Positions 13,012 through 26,825 of a DNA stretch of 64,000 bases are shown in pieces. The notes below the pieces were generated by a model, which saw only the letters and a program-made list of their open reading frames with translations, did no database searches and was not told the origin of the DNA. Each line of letters begins with the position of its first letter. The stretch's first letter is position 1. The DNA is from Sphaerodactylus townsendi (lineage: Eukaryota): positions 95,108,001-95,172,000 of the forward strand of contig NC_059430.1 of the NCBI RefSeq assembly GCF_021028975.2, read 5' to 3'. The position numbers were made by a program, and so were the translations under genes.

Positions 13012-14155
13012 TGTCCTCTTTAAAAACACTGTTGATTCTCAGTTGGAACACCAATCCATTACATGCATCTTTGTGCCGCAACTATTTTTATTCTAATGCC
13101 AAAATACTCTCAAAGCTCTATGGTTCTGACACAACCATACAGTGTTTATTTGCTTTATTTACAACATTAATAAGCTCTGTTTCTGTACTCATGAGGGCCA
13201 TCTAGTCTCAAAGAGCCACTCTTAGGCAGTATTTTTTGTGGGGGGGCACACACTCCAGTAACCCAGACTGGTTCTATTAGGAATAATGATGACAAGCCCC
13301 TTTGGCACAGCTGCTGGTCCCTCCCTCTGCTCTCCTCCACCCTCTCCACTAGCAATTGAGGCAGCACCCTTCACATAATCAGATTTGGCACCGGGGCTGC
13401 TTTTTCTATTGCTTTAGGGGGAAACAGGTGGCTTAGAGGTTCGGTGGCTTAGAGGTTTGAAAATTAATTTTTGACATTAATAAATGATCCCTCTGCAGCA
13501 TGCGGTCCTGAAGCAGACAGTTCACAGATGTCACAAGGCAGATGACCACTGGGAATCCTACTGAAAGTATTAGCTATCTTGTTGAAATAGTGGGAGGCAT
13601 GCTTAAGTCTCACTTTCAGGCTACTGTCATGATTCATATTCAGGAATTAATTTCTTAATGGCTTCTCTCCATTTACTTTATCAAGAGGAAAAAGGCAGCT
13701 ATGGATTCAGTACTCTGATTTGCTTATACTCTGCTAAAATGGGGTAGGGGCTCTGAGCATTTCTTTCGAATAATTCTACTGTCCTCCAAAATTAAAAAAA
13801 AAACACATAGAAAAACATTTCGGGTGGAATTGTAGGATTTCTGTTAACATACTAACAGAATACAAGACACAGCATTGTCACACTTCAAGAAACTTCTCAG
13901 CTCCCCCCGCAAAAAACTTTCATAATGCCAACTGTTGTAAAGTACAAGCAGGCAGAAAATGGGTGCTTTGCTAGAATAAATGGTGTTTAGTCCCTCCCAT
14001 CCCTAATTTGGATTCAAGAAACTCAAAGACAGCATGCACACGCGTAGGTATTATTACAGCTCGTTCTCATAACAAGCCTGGTTAGCCTAATAACAAGCCT
14101 GGTTAGCCCAAGACTACCCTGTCAGTTTCTCTGCTTCTGAAGTTTAAAAATACAG

Positions 14156-14235
14156 AAAAACACTTAGGATTAATAAAAACACGTAGGATTAATAAAAACA
14201 CTTAGGATTAATAAAAACACGTAGGATTAATAAAA
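14156..14235. repeat. Minisatellite, 4 x ~19 bp (AAAAACAC[T/G]TAGGATTAAT)
   Basis: Directly visible. Units alternate CTT/CGT. Confidence 0.9.
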
Positions 14236-15063
14236 TACAGGAAAAAAATTAGGGTAGAGACCCAGGTTTAAATCAATACTCTGCCATGGAAGCTGGCTGG
14301 GTGATCCTGGTCCAGTTATACATTCTCAGACCAAATTATTTATCATGATTGTTGTGGGGATAAAAGAGAGAGGAGGAAAAGAATGTAAGCTGCCTTGAGT
14401 CCTCAGTGTAGAGAAAGGTAGAGTATAAATAAAGTAAATAAATAATAAATATAGCTGAGGAAGGGGGAGCTGATCAAAGGTAGGCTGGTTGGCAGGTGGG
14501 AAGGTGAGATGGAAGCAAGGAAACATGCAAATGTGAGGACAGCCAGAAGGGATACAAGGAATATTGGGGGAGGGGAAAATGTGCTGCCTCCTGGAAATCC
14601 TTTTTGGTCCCCTGCTTGTCAAATACTATTATCCTGCAACTTAAACTGATTAGCTCTAGAGAAAAAGTCCTTGTGCTCTTGCAAGAAGCATTCATATTTT
14701 TCCAGCCTTGTGGGAGTTGCGGCCATACTGTTACTCCTGCACTATGAGGCTATCTGTGCAGGCAGTGACAGGCAGGTGGTGAGGCTGTGCTACAAAAGGT
14801 GGCCAGAAACTGTAAAGACAGGGAGTCCCTGCCAGGTTGACATGTTCCTGCTGCTGGTGTGCAGAAAATAAATATACTCCATTTGGAAAAACCATGTCCT
14901 AAGAAATGGTAGGAAACAAATACAAAAGTCGGACTTGGCCTGTAATATGCAGCTTCCCTGCTTACATATCATTTTCCACAGTTGCAATGAGCACAAAGAC
15001 AGCGTATTAGTCTCACTTGTGTTTGTTGCCTCACATTAATTCACAAAGGTACTTTCAAATTCA

Positions 15064-15084
15064 ACACACACACACACACACACA
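15064..15084. repeat. (CA)n microsatellite
   Basis: About 10 CA units. Confidence 0.85.
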
Positions 15085-15584
15085 AAACTGTGGCATTTCT
15101 AAGGAAAAATAAAAGCACAGAGCAGACCTGTTTGGAAATTTGCTTCTACCACCCCAAACAATTTTGAGATTTTTCTACTTGATAACAATGTACATTGTAC
15201 ATAATGTTTTATCAATACATTACTTCAAACATCATGTTAACTGGATAATGCGCACAAAAAATATACATGAGAGACCTGCGTACAAAACCTGATGACAACC
15301 AACACAATGATGGCAGCATCCGAGTTCCTTTCAGCCTTTTCACACACCAAGCAAATGGCAACACACACATCCCAAAATGGCATGTTCCTAGTCTAGTGTG
15401 CTAGGACTTGAAACCCCACAGGGATTTGCTACATCTTAGGAGTTAAAACCTTAAAGTGCTCTTCAGAATGTTGGCATCTAAAGTCTTTTTGATGCGAGAT
15501 GACTACATGTCCGTTGCTGCTAAACATCACGCAGCGAAACAAACATGATTTCCACACTCACTGCTGCTGTTAGACAACCTCAGA

Positions 15585-15809
<225 letters not shown>

Positions 15810-17302
15810 TCACATTACAATACCAGTAGAGTGAAAATATCAAAAGAATAATGCTTTTTTAAAAGCACGTATTTGTTCTCATGTGTTTTGAAAATTATGA
15901 AGCTTGAACTTATGGGCTGCTTCCATAATGATATTTTGCACTGCATCCACCACAACGCCAGCAACTTTGGGAGGAGCTTATGTACTACATCATGCCACAG
16001 TTGTCCTTCTGCATGTTTTTGATAACTTTGCTCTGCAGTAGGGTTTCCCTGTTTACACCCCCCCCCCCCCCCCCCGGTGGCTTTTTATTTACACAGGTTA
16101 CCCTCCTGTAAAGTGTCCCTATCTGAGCCAATCCACCATTTTGCCTCCTTGTTGTTTCCATGGAACCTCCATTTAGGGACGTTGCCTGTGGCCTTTTGTT
16201 GCAGTTGCTGTCTTTGATCTAGCGTTCTTTGCTAGACCAGCCTTGCTAATTTCACTGGGCGTATGGCTCCAGCAATAGACCTTTCTCAAGGGGAGGGGGA
16301 AAGGAAGCCCTTCTGATCATGCTGAAATGATGGCCTGAAGAGCAGGAGGAATTACTGTGATGTGGGCAGGAGAAGGCAGAGCAGAGCAAGAAATCTACAG
16401 GAAAGTGAAACGTACAGCGAGCTTGTTCACTTTCCCCATGAAGGGAGATGAAAAGTTCTACTTGAAGAGCTTTGAAAACCATGAGGGTTCTCTGATCAGA
16501 CAGTGGGGTGAGTGCTAAAGCGGTGGAAACATGTGCCTAACCAAGAAGGAACCCTGAAGGAAATGTATGCTCAAAGCGAAGGAGACCACATGTGCGTAAA
16601 TGGCCAGAGAACATCACCTCTTTTGATGCTGCAAATTCCTTTGCATTCACAGAGGCACTGAGAGAACAAACTGGAACACACCATGTTGAAGCACAAAGGT
16701 TTTAAAAGAATGCCCTTCACCTCCAATCAAAGCCCCCCCGCCCCGGGTCCGAGGCTTAGTTTTCATGAAATGTTTCTCAGAGCTTAGGACAGTTCAGAAA
16801 CACACTCCAAACATACCAAAGCAAGCTCAGAGTACCTCAGAATATATGCAAGTCATTTTCCAACAGGTGTGGCAGTTTCTCCATCCCAAAATTATTTTAA
16901 TCATAAAGTCAACTATATTTAAAGAATATGTACTGCTGTACTGCAAGATGTCCCCTAAATATACCCAAGCTGTCTTCATATTCCTGGATGAACCTTATGT
17001 CAGGAATAATTTCCAACATAAAAACTTTAGAAGTATACTGGGAGTGTAACTAAGCAGCTGGTAGTGTGATGCCATCAGGATTACAGTATGGCTTCCAGGA
17101 GAGAATCAGACAGTCAGTGTAGAATAGGCAAAAGTGCTTCCAGGCAGTGAAGTTTGCAAAAGAAAATTTGAGGATATGTTTACTAGCGTACACAGCAGGT
17201 GAGAGGAATGAGAAATAAGAGGCAGAAGGATTGGGAGAAAGTAAATATAATTTGTGGATAGCTACCTTCCAGACTATCATATTGCTCTCAGTGTTTCTTT
17301 GA

Positions 17303-17758
17303 GGCCGTTTCCGCACGGGCAAAATATGACGTCGTCGCAACGGAAAAAGAAGCGTCAGAGCGAGAGCGTTCGCACGCGCAGCGCCAAGAGCGGCGAAGTC
17401 GCTACCGTCAGCGAAAACGCTTAAACCGGGCGCTGAAGACGGTGTATGCAGAAAACGCGAACCACTCTTTTTCCCGCGTGACGCATCGACGCCGCGATCT
17501 CCTCGGTAAGCGTAACAGGGCCGCTACTGAAAGCCGTCGCCACAAATGGCGTTGGCCTGCATCGGCTTCGCAAGTGCGCAGGCTACGCTAACGCCGCTGG
17601 CGACGCCGCTTCCGCGAGCGCTTCCGTGCATAAACGCCACATTTCTGGCGGGCCATGGATCGCCCTTAGCTCCGCCTGTCTGTGTGAACGCTTTTTTTGG
17701 GATGCGTCGCAATTTGCGACGTCATCGCGTCGCTGCTTTTGGCCGTGCGGAAACGGCC
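17303..17758. mobile_element. PIF/Harbinger-type MITE, CpG-rich
   Basis: TIRs GGCCGTTTCCGCACGG / CCGTGCGGAAACGGCC. 3-bp TSD TGA. Confidence 0.88.
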
Positions 17759-18079
17759 TGAGAGAATAACAGTGCCCCCCCCCCCCCCCACAGACACACA
17801 TTATATACCCCTCCAATATTGCGTTTCACATATACACATACTTGCAAAACTTGCAAGTTTTGAGGTGGGGGGAAATCTCTATTTCAGTTTGTACAGCTTT
17901 AGCTGTCTTCTTACTCATGCTGCATATATTCTTTTTTCACAGTTCTGAAAGCAAATCCTGTCCACCCCAATGTGATCCCTGAGCGTGGAGAGGGAAGAGA
18001 ACATGTGAAGTTTCTCTACCTAGGAAGACTTTTATTCTCTTGGCTGCTCGCCTGTGATATTGACAAGACTGTGTGATCA

Positions 18080-18337
<258 letters not shown>

Positions 18338-19245
18338 CTATACTCTTCTGAGCAGCATGAAGAATATTCCCCCTTAGGAGGGAAGTTTTGTTAGTACCTT
18401 GATCTTGCTCCAGCACTACTAAAACTGTTTCAGTGACTGGAAAAGGCATGTGAATATGAAATGCACAATTTCTTCCCCTTCACTTTTTATAGTTAAACAA
18501 TGATGATACACTTGGCACTGAACCTCTAACCAAAAACTATTTTGAGTGCAGAATGTTTTTCAATTCTTATCCTAGGTCATTCTTTCAAAACACCTAAGAG
18601 TCACCTGTAGTCATTTGTTTTCATTTCACACGTGGGTATATATAATTCAGCAAGTATTTTTATTTAATAAATGTTTATTTTGCCCTTCCTTCAAGAAGCT
18701 CAGTGTAGCACATATGGTTCTTCCCCCATTTTATTCCCACAACCCCCTTGGTGAAGTAGGTTAGCCTGAGAACGACTCACTATCCCAATAAATGGTGTGT
18801 CACACTACATTCCAATTCAAATTTCCCTAAGCCTAGTCCCACAATAATCACCATATCACCTTCAGGAACAAATGAGAGTTTGTTTCACATGACCAAGGCC
18901 ATACCTACACACAGGGCCACAATTTACAAGAAAGAAGAAAAAGCAAGGAAGCAGTATAGTGTACAGAGATCAGACTACAGAGACCCTCTGAAGGGAGACT
19001 GAATTCAGTGATGGAAGCATGCGAGCTCAGCGCCCTGTATCAGGAGGGACAAAAACCTACAGCTAAGAAAACTTGACTAAAATTATTCAAAATAGTTTTT
19101 TTAATGCAGAATTATGCAAACTAAAAATTAAACATATTTGAATAACCTATGGTGGTCACAATTTATCTCTTGTTGGGTAGGTTTTGATTATTTGGCCACC
19201 TTTCTAAAAAAACCCATAAAATACAAACAACTCCAACTACATTAA

Positions 19246-19532
19246 TTGTATTGTCGAAGGCTTTCACGGCCGGAATCACTTGGGTGCTGTGTGGTTTCCA
19301 GGCTGTATGGCCGTGTTCTAGCATCATTCTCTCCTGACGTTTCGTCTTCATCTGTGGCTGGCATCTTCAGAAGATCTGATAGTTGGAAAGGAAAGCAAGT
19401 GGAGTATATATACCTTCCTTTCCTTTCCAACTATCAGATCCTCTGAAGATGCCAGCCATAGATGCAGGCGAAACGTCAGGAGAGAATGCTGCTAGAACAC
19501 AGCCATGCAGCCCGGAAACCACACAGCACCCA
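19246..19532. mobile_element. Penelope-like retroelement terminal (pLTR) fragment in inverted-repeat arrangement
   Basis: ~115-bp arms 19281-19396 and ~19417-19532 are near-perfect reverse complements. Contains the reptile PLE-type motif CTGAAGATGCCAGCCA..GGCGAAACGTCAGG. Confidence 0.85.
19437..19483 (+). ncRNA. Minimal type I hammerhead ribozyme motif (PLE-associated); a degenerate second copy lies on the minus strand at ~19331-19377
   Basis: Stem I TCCT/AGGA, core CTGAAGA (19443-19449), stem II GCC..GGC, GAAAC (19470-19474), GTC cleavage triplet ending at 19477. Confidence 0.7.
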
Positions 19533-20026
19533 AATACATCAATTATGTTATACTATCACAAGACTTCTACAAAGCACATGTAGGATCCATATACACAGCC
19601 TTCTACTAGGAAAGCTTTCCATCCTTAAGTTACCAAAAATCCAAAGGTAGGTTGTTCTAAAGGATTCACAAACTATGTGTAGCAATCCTACATTCGTTTT
19701 TACAATTTAACAAAAATGGAATTCATACAACCTTAAGAAAAGTCTCTCCACAGAAAACTGCAAGACAGGCAGAACTTGCCATTGCAATTACGAACTGCTA
19801 CTGACAGAAAACATGCTTTAATTTCTCTTATACATTTTTAATTAGCAAAAGAAACATTTCAGATTAGCACCTTTTCTTTCCATAGCTTATTAAAAAATCA
19901 AGCATTAAGTAATTCACAGTGTCCATTATGTAAGTACTGCTGATCATTATATTAATATAACATATGGAAGAATTCACAAGCAAGAAGAAAGATGGGGATA
20001 AATTCCAGCATAGCCTGCTGGGTCTA

Positions 20027-20236
<210 letters not shown>

Positions 20237-23200
20237 CTAAGGGTAAAAAAGAGAGCACTTTTTTCCCTAAGCTTTTTTCAAATCGTACTACTTCCAGCTA
20301 TCATCTTTTAGTAGAGCCCTAACAAGCAATTGTACTGAGCGTCAGTAGAAAGAGACAAAAGACAACAGCTTCCAGTAAATGTAAACATTTATTCTTGAAT
20401 TCTACGTACAGCAGGTACTATTATCCAGGTACTGTTATTAGTTTTACAGTTCACCTATAGTTCTTTATAGTTCATCTTTCTCATTAAGACTTGAGGTGGA
20501 TTACACAATGTAGGTCAATATGCTCAACAGGCTGGGAGATGTGACAAACAATGTAATAGGGCTTGTATCAAGCTGTAGCGTCCCACACCAGATGGAGACA
20601 CTAAGTGCACCTCGAGGACAGACCTATTTACATTGTACTACTGTTAATCTAGTCTTGAGGTACCATATGGTAGATTCAGGTGCCCTCTACTGGCAGCTAC
20701 CAATATTTTAAAGTACTGCCTACTACCACTGTTTAAATGCTGTGGTATTTTAAGTAGTTTAAATAGCTGCTATATTACAAAAAGTTTACATCCCTACTTC
20801 TGCATTAATCCACAGATGACATGGCTCAGCAGGGATGTGAGACCTAGACCAAGTGTCTAAGATGTGAGAAAAAGCTGCAATTAGAATCATGTTATCTGAT
20901 TTGATCAGCAAGTTGTTCTGTCAAGTATAAGTATGTGTGCTGCTTCTCCTATGCCCCTGCCTTCCTCAGCTTTTCTATAAGGCAGATACCAACACAGTGC
21001 TCCATATTCATTGTAACAGAGCTAAGATGCTGAACAGACCAATATTCCATTAAATCACTAATGCCTGTGTATAGCCATCTTATCTTTTGGTTGTATCTAG
21101 GATCCTTCTACAGCATTGGAAATAGCTGTCAGCCACATACTTCCAAGCCTTGAGATAGTCCGGAATTTATAGGCAACACAATCCTGGCCTAAATGTAGAA
21201 ATTTTCTCTTCCACAATCTTCCACTAACAGCTTCTATCAAGAGGCCAGGTATTGCAGCTGCTGGAATTTCTGATCCAGTCCCAGAACTCCGATGTAAAGT
21301 CCCAGAACTCTGATGTGCCACATGGAACAAGTAGCTTGACCTCAACTATAGGGCAGCTGCCCCAGGACCCATACCTAGGAGTCCCTGCAGCCAGTGGCCC
21401 TGCTGAAGTCATGGCTAATCCAGGCCCCATACTGCCCCACAGTTGATCGTGCTCGCCAAGATTCAAGAAGCATAATCAACTTTAGAGTAGTGGGATTCCC
21501 ACTGCCATCTGACAGCTGACTGCGTACTTCTGTCCTGAAACTGCCACCACAAGCCCTGAGCTGGAGTAACAGCAGGAGAAGTTTCACTCAGGCAGCACCT
21601 TGGAGCAGGCAGCTTGTACAGCATAGGGAATGCAGCCCGCCCAACACCTAGCGACTCTGAGGAGCCATCCCCAAGTTCTGCCTGGAGTTTCAGGATCACT
21701 GTTCAAGTGAGGAAAAATAATTACAGTCATGCATCCTCTTTCCCTGAGGCAAACTTTAGCTCCTTTTTTTTGGGGACATGGAACACTGGTGAGTTCTGAG
21801 TCATGAACTGCTAGGTTCGTGCTGAGCCTTCCTTGTGCAACATGCTTAAGCAGCTGTATTGTTTGGTGGCTGGAACTTATTCCAGGAAAACATAATCCAG
21901 CCACATCAAGGCTTCTTTAATCTTTGAGATTTGGTGATATTCCAGCATAGAAGGGCCACTGCTAGATTACAAGTGACCCAGTATGTGTTTGGACAGTCAT
22001 AAAAACAGAATGAATGATATAGGGAAAGAACAAAATAACTAGAACAAAACAGATGAAACTTAGCTTGAGAAAGCCCCTTAAAATAAGAAAGTGGCTGGCA
22101 TGTTTAGTTTTGTGATCTAGATAAATCATTTGGTTCTTCTAATTGCTTTTAGAACAAGCAACATGGAATTATGAAAGATTGAGCAAAACTGCTTGTCAAG
22201 TGAAGCACTACTTCCAGAGTCTATAACACACCTCAATGGAAACATGCACTTTAAATGTAGGGATTTAAAGTGAATCTTATAAAGGAAGTGAACCTTGTAA
22301 AGTGAACCATATAAAGGAAAGTGTTGAACTATAGTTTGCTCTCCCCAAATTCACTAGTGCCATTTCCTCCCCACCTTCTGGTAGCAATAGGAGTGCTATT
22401 ACGTAATTTCCCCTCATCTAGCCAAAGGCTATTAAATAAGCTGCTTTAAAAATGATATGCATATCTGGTTCACCACAGCATGCTGCCAGCCCTGCACAGT
22501 GCAATCACTGTGCAGGTTTTGCAATAGCAATGATAACCTGAAAGGGACACACTGCTAAAAAGGATAGGGATGAAAGGATAAGCTGACTTTTCCCCACCAT
22601 TTTCTCTAGGGTTTTGTGGGGGTTTCATGTGCATGCATGCTTGTGCATGCTTTCTGGAATCTGAACACACCTATAATACATGCACTTGCTGCAGCGGCTG
22701 AGGCAAGTAAGCTCTAACTGGCAGTCTGAGGCTACTTGCTGCCAAAAATAAAGTATACTCTCTTTCTATTAGCCCCCTTTATGCCTTAGTAATGTAACAT
22801 AAAAGCCCCCCACCCCCCCCCCACCCCCGGTCAGGGTGCAGGAACTAGGAATTGTAATTTGAAACATATGTTTGCAACTGAGAAAAAAAAGCTGCGTACA
22901 GTTGACACTGTTGCTGGCAAAACTAACTTGAAATGACCTTGCTTAGGAGAGGCATGACTCTGTTCAGTCACCATGTTTGTCAGAACACTTGCAAGCAACA
23001 AATGAATAAGTCAGGCTTATTTGAAAACATATTAGGCAATTACTGAAAAGAGATGACGATTAGAAGAAATAAAACCAAAATAATCAGACTGGGTATTTTG
23101 CAAGGAAACATCCCAAGATTATTTCCTGCCACTGTCTTTTCATGTTGTGAGCCACAAAAATCTACATATGGGCTGACTAGAAAGCAAAATGAGTTCTCTG

Positions 23201-23848
23201 TAGAAAGCAGGACAAATAAGGAGAAATATTTTCATATTGGATCAGGCCAACTCAGGCCAACACACCTCAGCTATACGCCTTATAAACTTTCAGGCCTAGG
23301 GAATGGCTAAAAGAATGCAAGGCAGGTCTGTTTAGAATTTTAATTCATGTTTGCTTAAAGGAAGCTGGAAATGTAGATTTATGAGAATACTTTGTACAGG
23401 TGGTGATGTTGGGACAATGGGTTTACTCAATAGGATTTTCATCCCGCTCAGCCCTGTGGACTCTGAAAAGATGACAAAACTATCACGTAAAAAAATGCAC
23501 CAAATATAGGGAAGCAAGTGTTATAGCACCCAATCCATATACTCTCCCCATTTCCAAACCTCTTGGTTGGAAGGCAAAACTCCAGATGTCTGGGATTGGA
23601 GATCTCAACATTTTTATTATCAAAAGTGTATGGTAAAGACTGCAGAAAAAGGAATAGGAACTGCAGTCCTTGTCCAATGGAGTGCTCTAATACTGAATCC
23701 GGGGGTGGGGTGGGGGTTGGGTGAGGGCTGCATATGCTGCTAATTCAAATTTAAAGGGATGGGGAAGTCCAGACAGATCTCCAAGTCTGATCTATTCAGT
23801 TCTAAAAGCCCTTTCCCCCATGATCCTAATCAAGGTTGCTGTCACATA

Positions 23849-24332
23849 GGCCCTTTCTGCACAAGCACTGAGAAGGGTGCTCCGGCATAAATTATGCCGA
23901 TGCACCTCCCCAGGACTATTCGCACAGATGGTCCCGGTAGGGGCGCAGGGGAAGGCACAGCCTTCACACAGGCTGCGTCTTCCCCAATTTGTTTACTTGC
24001 TCCTGTTGGCTCCTGTCGCATTGTGGAGGCCAGGGGACACGCCACCCCTGGCCAGAGTGATGGCGCTGGAGATGGAGGCCAGGGGGGCGTGTCCCCTGGC
24101 CTCCACAAAGTGACGGGAGCCAGCAAGAGCAGGTAAGCCGGCTGGGGAAGGCGGGAGGGAAACGCCCCCTTCAGGCTGCTGCCGTTCGCACGGCAGTGGC
24201 TGGAAGGCGCCCCTTTTGAAAAACCTCGCTAATGGAGCAAGGTTCAAAAGGGGCATTTCTGTGCCGCTTGGGGCGTTTCCGTGCCTGCTGTGCGAATGCC
24301 TCCTCAGGGACGGTGTTTTTGCAGAAAGAGCC
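23849..24332. mobile_element. Harbinger-like MITE with an internal long hairpin
   Basis: GGCCCTTTCTGCA / TGCAGAAAGAGCC ends. Internal inverted repeat ~23994-24053 vs ~24077-24136. Confidence 0.7.
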
Positions 24333-24909
24333 TATAGTGACAGTTCTCCATGAAGCACTTATTTGCAGCAGCAATGGAGAATCCAATTTTCCTCATGAAT
24401 GTGCAAAAATGTGGAATGCAGACACATTTTGTATGTGACCTTTCTCTAAAATAACCCATCAAGCAAGTTTTGAGAAAGAACAGAAGGAAGCTGGATAAAA
24501 CCTGAACAGTGGATATTACTCTGGAGATGTCAAGTGGTGGATGCTCCAAAAGGACAAGCCCCCAAACCCCTTGCCTCAGTTTGAATACCAAATTGGAGCA
24601 AAACTTCCATGTGGAAATAATACACCATTCCACTGAATCATAGGCATCTGACCCATTAAAACAATGTCAAAGACCATGCATTTGGGTCTTTCATCTCACA
24701 CTCAAGAGAACTCGATGCTTTCTGCTCTTGCTTTCTCATCTAAATTCCCCTTTGAACTTCTCCAATACCTAACAACTGAAAATCACTGAACTTTTGTTCT
24801 ATATTGCAAAAAAGGCTATTCAACACTTTCAGTCACAGTAATATTCTTGATTTTCATAGCTACAATTATCAACCAACATATACCTATATTTCTTTGCATA
24901 TCTCCTTAC

Positions 24910-25104
24910 CTTTTCTTCTTGGACTTCAAATACTGTTTCATGAACACTACAAGCAAAGAGTGAGGTAGGCAGGTCGCTTAAGTCCATCATCTCCTCTAAG
25001 TCATCTTCATTTTCTCCAAAAATCATCTCTTCCTCTTCTTCTAAGTCACTGCTATAGAGGTCCAACTGGCTGTCACTCCAGGCCTTCATTGTCTCTCTAA
25101 TCAT
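24910..25104 (-). CDS. RCAN3: RCAN3 coding exon 1 of 4 (195 nt, MIRETMKAW...EVQEEK)
   Basis: Acidic N-terminus and [16 protein letters not shown] match calcipressin-3. In-frame TGA 15 nt upstream of the ATG. Donor AAG|GTAAGG at 24910/24909. Probable acceptor at 25162 after a polypyrimidine tract. Confidence 0.96.
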
Positions 25105-26505
25105 TGCCCACTCAAATCAACTTTCCTTTCTCTCTACTCCAAGGTCTGTGACAACAGCTTTTCTAGAGGAGAAGAAAAGAACAAAGTATGTCAAGAAGCA
25201 GATTTCCCAAAATTTTCTAATTATATCTGCTTTTAAAGATTATTCATTATCCACAAGAAATAAACATCCGTGTAAACTGCCTTTTACCTAGCGATACAAG
25301 GATATTCTTAGTTCAAGATTTCAAATGTGAGGCATTACCTGTTCAGCTATGAATTATAATCATCATAAGTCAACCAATATATTATCATTAAAGGCCAGAA
25401 TGTGGCTTATAAAATGGTGAAATAAATAAATGCTATTTAAAAGATTCATGAAGTGATCTCCTTTGGAAATGCTCCAAAAATTAAAGCAGCAATAAGAAGG
25501 GAACATTACGGAACCCAACCCCCCACTGTAAGTACTCTGAACTTTGCCCCTGCTAAAGTTAGCACTCAGAACAGCCTCCACAACCACAATGGAGAGAAGA
25601 GCTCAGATGCAGGAAACAGAGAAGCAACCTATAAGCACAGGGGTGATGATACACCTAGATTCACAAAAAAGTAAAAAGGCTTCAGAACAGCTGACGAGAA
25701 ACAATACAAATTAAATAAAACAGCAGAAAATATTCTCTCATAAGCCCTTTTTAAGGCGGGAGGAACCTCACAAGGGACAGAAGTGGAGGTAAAGCAGGTA
25801 GATGCCTAGTTAGTATCATTCATGGTAACTTGCCGCTTTTAGGACGAGATTTTGGCATGCCATTATTTTCTAGGAGTATTCATAGACAAAATATCAGATG
25901 GGCTTGAGGGCAGAACAAGGACCATTCTGACACACAAAGTCAAAGCAGAAAATATGGCATTAAGTATGCCTTAATCACAGACTCATAAAAAGGCATCAGA
26001 AAGCAGACACTTCCCTTTTCTGCATGGTGGGCTGTTTCAAATTAAAGCAGTTTGAAGTTATCTAAAAAAGAACGGAAATAACTGATTTTAAATCAAGTTT
26101 TGCATTTTGAAATGCATGTATTTTCTGATGACCAAAGCATACAAGTGGTTAATATAACAATCAAATACCTAATCATTTTATATTCATTTATACAATCAGG
26201 GGGAAGAGTAATCCAAAATGTCTGAACACACAGTCCACAAGTTCTTTGCAATGGAGGATTGTATGTGCTTTTTTCTTTCTGCCTGGCTGTCGCTGTGCAC
26301 ATGCTAACTAAGCAAGATTCACTTACTTGAAGGCCAAGGCTGAATTTATATTGAATACAGAGGGGCTTACTGTGTCTGTTTAGCACATTTTTATCTTATC
26401 TTCCTCTAAGAAGGTTGGGCAAAATATATGGGTCTCCCTTTTCCATTTCATCTTTTTAACAACCCTGTGAGATAGGTTAAGCTGACAAAGTGATTGGCCC
26501 AAGGC

Positions 26506-26825
26506 CAGCGGTGGGAACAGGATGGGGTGGGAACAAATGCCCCGGTCGCAGGTGTGGTGGCATCGCTCCCCCCATCCCTCCCTAGGCCGCCTCTGCAGTC
26601 CGTAGCAGCCCCCATGGACTGCAGCAGGCTGCTTTTTTCACTTAAAAAGGTAGCTGAGGGGTGTTTTGGGGAGAATCGCTTTCCCCACCCCTCCTCTCAG
26701 GCCGCCTCTGTGGCCCACAGTAGGCTGCTTTTTTCGCTTTAAAAATGTAGGTGAGGGATGTTTTGGGTGGTCGGGGTGCAGCCATCATTTTGCCCTGGGT
26801 GCCATTTTTCCTTCCTATGGCACTG
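26506..26825. mobile_element. hAT-type MITE nested inside a SINE
   Basis: CAG...CTG ends. Perfect 8-bp TSD CCCAAGGC, which belongs to the host SINE (~26380-26875). Internal ~100-bp duplication. Confidence 0.8.

Noticed and set aside
14156-14235. Regularly spaced repeats resembling a CRISPR array
   Set aside because: Head-to-tail units without unique spacers, in a vertebrate genome; it is a minisatellite.
17303-17758. CpG island suggesting an internal promoter or nested gene (ORFs 17524-17816)
   Set aside because: Bounded exactly by TIRs and a TSD, so it is explained by a MITE.
20970-21950. Possible decayed retroelement coding sequence (similar impression at ~47130-48660, 45640-45960 and 52260-52640)
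   Set aside because: No diagnostic motif could be read with confidence; not listed as features without a Dfam/tBLASTn search.
23701-23727. G-quadruplex-capable G runs (also ~10671, ~22806, ~62169) and poly-C at ~16057-16075
   Set aside because: Common low-complexity tracts with no positional evidence of function.
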